The notes under the pieces were generated by a model that was not told the origin of the DNA, did no database searches, and worked only from the letters and a program-made list of their open reading frames with translations. A DNA stretch of 64,000 nucleotides. Origin: a virus (lineage: Duplodnaviria; Caudoviricetes). Below, piece after piece: positions 60,991 to 64,000 of this stretch (position 1 is the first letter of the stretch; each line of letters opens with the position of its first letter). Position numbers and translations under genes: made by a program. The stretch lies in the IMG/VR virus record IMGVR_UViG_3300049794_000047; one strand, written 5' to 3'.

Positions 60991-62334
60991 ATGACGACTG
61001 CACTGAAGCTCCATCCCTACTTCAAGAAGCCCCGGGTGCCCCACGCGCACGCGAGCGGCGCCGGTCCCTGGGCTGTCCCAGATCTGTGCGCCGCTTACGA
61101 CTGGCCCACGGGTCTCGTGGGCGGCGGCGTGATTGCGATCGTCGAGCTCGGCGGGGGCTGGACCCTGTCCGACATGGCTGCGTACTTCGCGTCCATCCAC
61201 CAACCCCTGCCGCAGATCGAGGACGTTTCTGTCGACGGCACCAAAAACACTCCTGGGGGAGACGCCGACGGCGAGGTCGCGCTTGACATCCAGGTCGCAG
61301 CAGCTGCCTACTACGTCGCGACAGGAAAGCCCGCGTCGATCCGGATCTACTGGGCCCGCGACATCGCACCCGCCGTTCGCGGCGCTCTCAAGGATGGCTG
61401 CGATGTGTGCTCGATCTCGTGGGGCGCTGACGAGGCGGACTGGGGAGTTGCCGCAGCAAAGGACATGGAGCGGGCCGCAATCGAGGCAACGGCTGCAGGC
61501 ATGGTGGTGCTCGCAGCCTCGGGCGACAACGACTCGTCCGACGGCGGAGCGACCCCCGCCAACGTCGATCTTCCAGCGGGCTGCCCCCACGTCGTCGGCT
61601 GTGGAGGCACGCTGAAGACACGCACCGCCGAGGTCGTATGGAACGACTCCCCCGGCAACCCTTCAGGAGGAGGCACCGGCGGCGGCTACTCGACCCTGTT
61701 TCCCATGCCCGCGTGGCAGATCGCCGGCGGCGCGCCGCAAGGTCCTGGCCGCATGGTGCCCGACGTCGCGGCCGTCGCTGATCCCCACACAGGCTACGAG
61801 ATCTACTACGGAGGTTCACCGGAGATTGTCGGCGGGACGAGCGCAGTCGCACCGCTGTACGCGGGTCTCCTGGCCGCGGCGGGCAGGAAGCTTGGCTTCC
61901 TCTTGGACAAACTGTGGCAGCGCCGTGAAGACTTTGTCGATGTCACGCAGGGCGACAACGGCATGTACCACGCGCAGATCGGCCCTGATCCGTGCACAGG
62001 TCTCGGTGTTCCTATCGGCAAGAAGCTTGATGCCTGGCTCGGCGCCCTTCCCACCCCCGCCCCAAACCCCCCGATGCCGCCCACCGTGCAGCTCGCCGAG
62101 GCAATCGCCTGGGCCACGTCAACGCTGCCGCACCACGGACCCCTGAACCTGCACACGATCCAGCAGTGCGTCGAGGATGGACTGCTGGCCCACTGGCCCA
62201 AGGGATCGACTACCGTGCCCCTCTCCTGCGCCATCACCTGGGCCACGACGAGTCTGCCTCTCGCCACGCTGACATCACACGCCGCACGCCAGTTCATCGG
62301 ACGGGGACTCACGAAGCACTGGCCCAAACCCTGA
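60991..62334 (+). CDS. S53 (sedolisin/kumamolisin-like) serine peptidase
   Basis: EVALD, SISWG, ASGDND, RMVPDVAA, GGTSAVAP and DPCTGLG; GAGGAGG RBS. Confidence 0.9.
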   Translation: MTTALKLHPYFKKPRVPHAHASGAGPWAVPDLCAAYDWPTGLVGGGVIAIVELGGGWTLSDMAAYFASIHQPLPQIEDVSVDGTKNTPGGDADGEVALDIQVAAAAYYVATGKPASIRIYWARDIAPAVRGALKDGCDVCSISWGADEADWGVAAAKDMERAAIEATAAGMVVLAASGDNDSSDGGATPANVDLPAGCPHVVGCGGTLKTRTAEVVWNDSPGNPSGGGTGGGYSTLFPMPAWQIAGGAPQGPGRMVPDVAAVADPHTGYEIYYGGSPEIVGGTSAVAPLYAGLLAAAGRKLGFLLDKLWQRREDFVDVTQGDNGMYHAQIGPDPCTGLGVPIGKKLDAWLGALPTPAPNPPMPPTVQLAEAIAWATSTLPHHGPLNLHTIQQCVEDGLLAHWPKGSTTVPLSCAITWATTSLPLATLTSHAARQFIGRGLTKHWPKP

Positions 62335-62353
62335 TCCCGCGAGTGCTGAGATT

Positions 62354-62481
62354 CGCGCGTCAGGTTCGCGCATCAGGCACGCGCGTCAGGCACGCGCGTC
62401 AGGCACGCGCATCAGGCCCTCACGTCAGGCCCGCGCATCAGGCCCTCACGTCAGGCACGCGCGTCAGGCACGCGCGTCAGG
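62354..62481. repeat. About 13-bp tandem repeat (tcaggcacgcgcg-like)
   Basis: About 9 degenerate units after the peptidase stop. Confidence 0.85.
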
Positions 62482-63873
62482 TTCGTGACGGCTCCGCAGC
62501 ACTGACACTCTCGCCCCGCCGAGCGAGACCGGCCCTCAGGTGCGACAGCTTCTCGTGCACCGCGGTCGTGAGAGGCCCGTGCCGGCGCTCCCACTGCTCG
62601 GCTACCTCGCGTGCACGCGACCAGCGACCAAGCGGACCGAGCGCGTAGACCACCGGCGCGTTGCCGGGCGACGTCGACGGCAGGCGGACCTCAACGTACC
62701 AGGTCTTTGTCGGGACCGACAGCCACGACGGTCGGCTGTGCTTCGAGTGATAGCGGCTCACGGCAGAGAATACGTACCACATCGTGCGGGAGGCTGTCAG
62801 GCGCCGGGGAGATCCCGCAGATCACCGCCACGTAGTCGCCGGGGAACCGGAACACCACCAAAGATTCGCGCGCGGTCGTCCGACGCGTTACGGTACGGCG
62901 CACGTGGCATACAAGGTCCAGCTCACCTACTTCCGGTCCCCCGGGAAATTCTTGGCGATCGCCGAGACGCTGACCTCACGGGAGGACTGAGCAGCGCCGA
63001 GATCGTACGGGGAGCCGAGCGTCTCGTGGGTCGCGACCCCATTCCCGATGCAGTCGAGATGTACCGCGAGGCGCGCGCCGCGCAAGCGGAGGGTCTCCGT
63101 CGCGCAGGAGCGCTCCTGGGAGCCGCGGAGCGAGACAGGGGACGGGGCCGCGCTTCGAGTAGCACTCTCAGGGCTGTGGCGATGGAAAAAGGAGATCGGC
63201 GAGGGGCTGCGTCGTTAAACGCTGACAATCAGGGCGCGAATTCCATAAACGGTCTTGGCCACGCGCTGTTGAGCGGATCGAATACCGCAACGTAGAGCGT
63301 GCCGTTCGAGAGCGCGTGGGAATTGGCGTATTCGATCGCTTCTCGGATGTTGTAATACATCATCACGTGATCATCCGGGGGCTGTCCCGGTATGACTGAG
63401 CTCATGACGATATAGACAAACGACATCTTAGGGCCAGCTTCCCTCAGGTCGTGGAAGCTTTGCTGAACCGCCGAAATGCCTCGTGCTCGCCAAGCATTTA
63501 CGAGGGGTGCTCCTAGCGCTCCTGACATCCAGTACATAAGTAAACCTCCGACAATAATTAGAAACGCCCGCCTGCGGATCTCGCAAGTCACGTCACGGGA
63601 GAATATCAAAAAGCGTCGGCGAGACGCAAGTAACGAAACGATCAAACCCTAACGGCGAAACGCGGCACCCCGCAGCGCAAGGGCCGACGTGACAGGGCGC
63701 CTGCCGGTCGCCACCTTCTGGATCAGTACGATCAAGACGCCGGGCTCAAAATTGTCAGAGGAGAGCCATCCGTCCGCAAGCATTGCCGTCCCTGCCGCGC
63801 GTCCATCGTGCAGATGTAAAATGAGCGAAACCCGGTAGGATGCGACCAACTTGCGGATCCGCTCCGCATCCGG

Positions 63874-63916
63874 CGTCCCGACGTCCCGACGTCCCGACGT
63901 CCCGACGTCCCGACGT
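63874..63916. repeat. 8-bp tandem repeat (cgtcccga)
   Basis: About five units. Confidence 0.85.
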
Positions 63917-63960
63917 GGTCGGCGAAGGACTCGCCATCAAACCACTCCAGATCCGACTAA

Positions 63961-64000
63961 GGGACTGGAACGAAATAACCTGGTCGTTTCATGCAGTTTC
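63961..64000. mobile_element. MITE family 1, copy 7 (cut by the window edge)
   Basis: TAA then GGGACTGGAACGAAATAACCTGGTCGTTTC. Confidence 0.8.

Noticed and set aside
13388-64000. The GGGGCTGGA repeats as a CRISPR array or tmRNA 5' ends
   Set aside because: They are dispersed, have TIRs and target duplications, show no repeat-spacer periodicity, and no cas genes are present. The GGGGCTG similarity to tmRNA is not followed by tmRNA structure.

Overview
GC-rich window that looks like part of a very large (jumbo) phage or phage-like element; a myxobacterial-type host is my inference from the GC content and the Ser/Thr kinase style. It has dense small hypothetical ORFs and no rRNA. Recognisable parts: (1) an RNA-repair cluster (Rnl2- and Rnl1-type RNA ligases, HAD phosphatase, RNase H-like); (2) RuvB plus a membrane-anchored RuvA C-terminal-domain protein; (3) a Ser/Thr kinase with a repeat-expanded activation loop, a SNF2-type helicase and an S53 peptidase; (4) an intact and a truncated copy of a SWIM-DDE transposase/RHH/wHTH module; (5) about 30 tRNA genes on the minus strand (five tandem Leu isoacceptors at 31.9-32.4 kb and a large array at 52-60 kb) mixed with HNH nuclease genes; (6) seven copies of an 86-87 bp hairpin MITE with 3-bp TA-containing target duplications, three of which interrupt ORFs. 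The best candidate for an undescribed system is the minus-strand operon at 50.3-42.3 kb. It joins a Ro60/TROVE-vWA protein to a putative ubiquitin-like conjugation set (candidate E2-like, JAB protease, Ubl ending PFG+VDVV, ThiF/E1) and AlkB. It is followed by tRNA-like RNAs; two homologous tRNA-like genes (41995-42118 and 58426-58558) carry a shared, direct-repeat-flanked 55-58 nt insert in the variable loop. All calls come from manual motif reading; no database searches were run.
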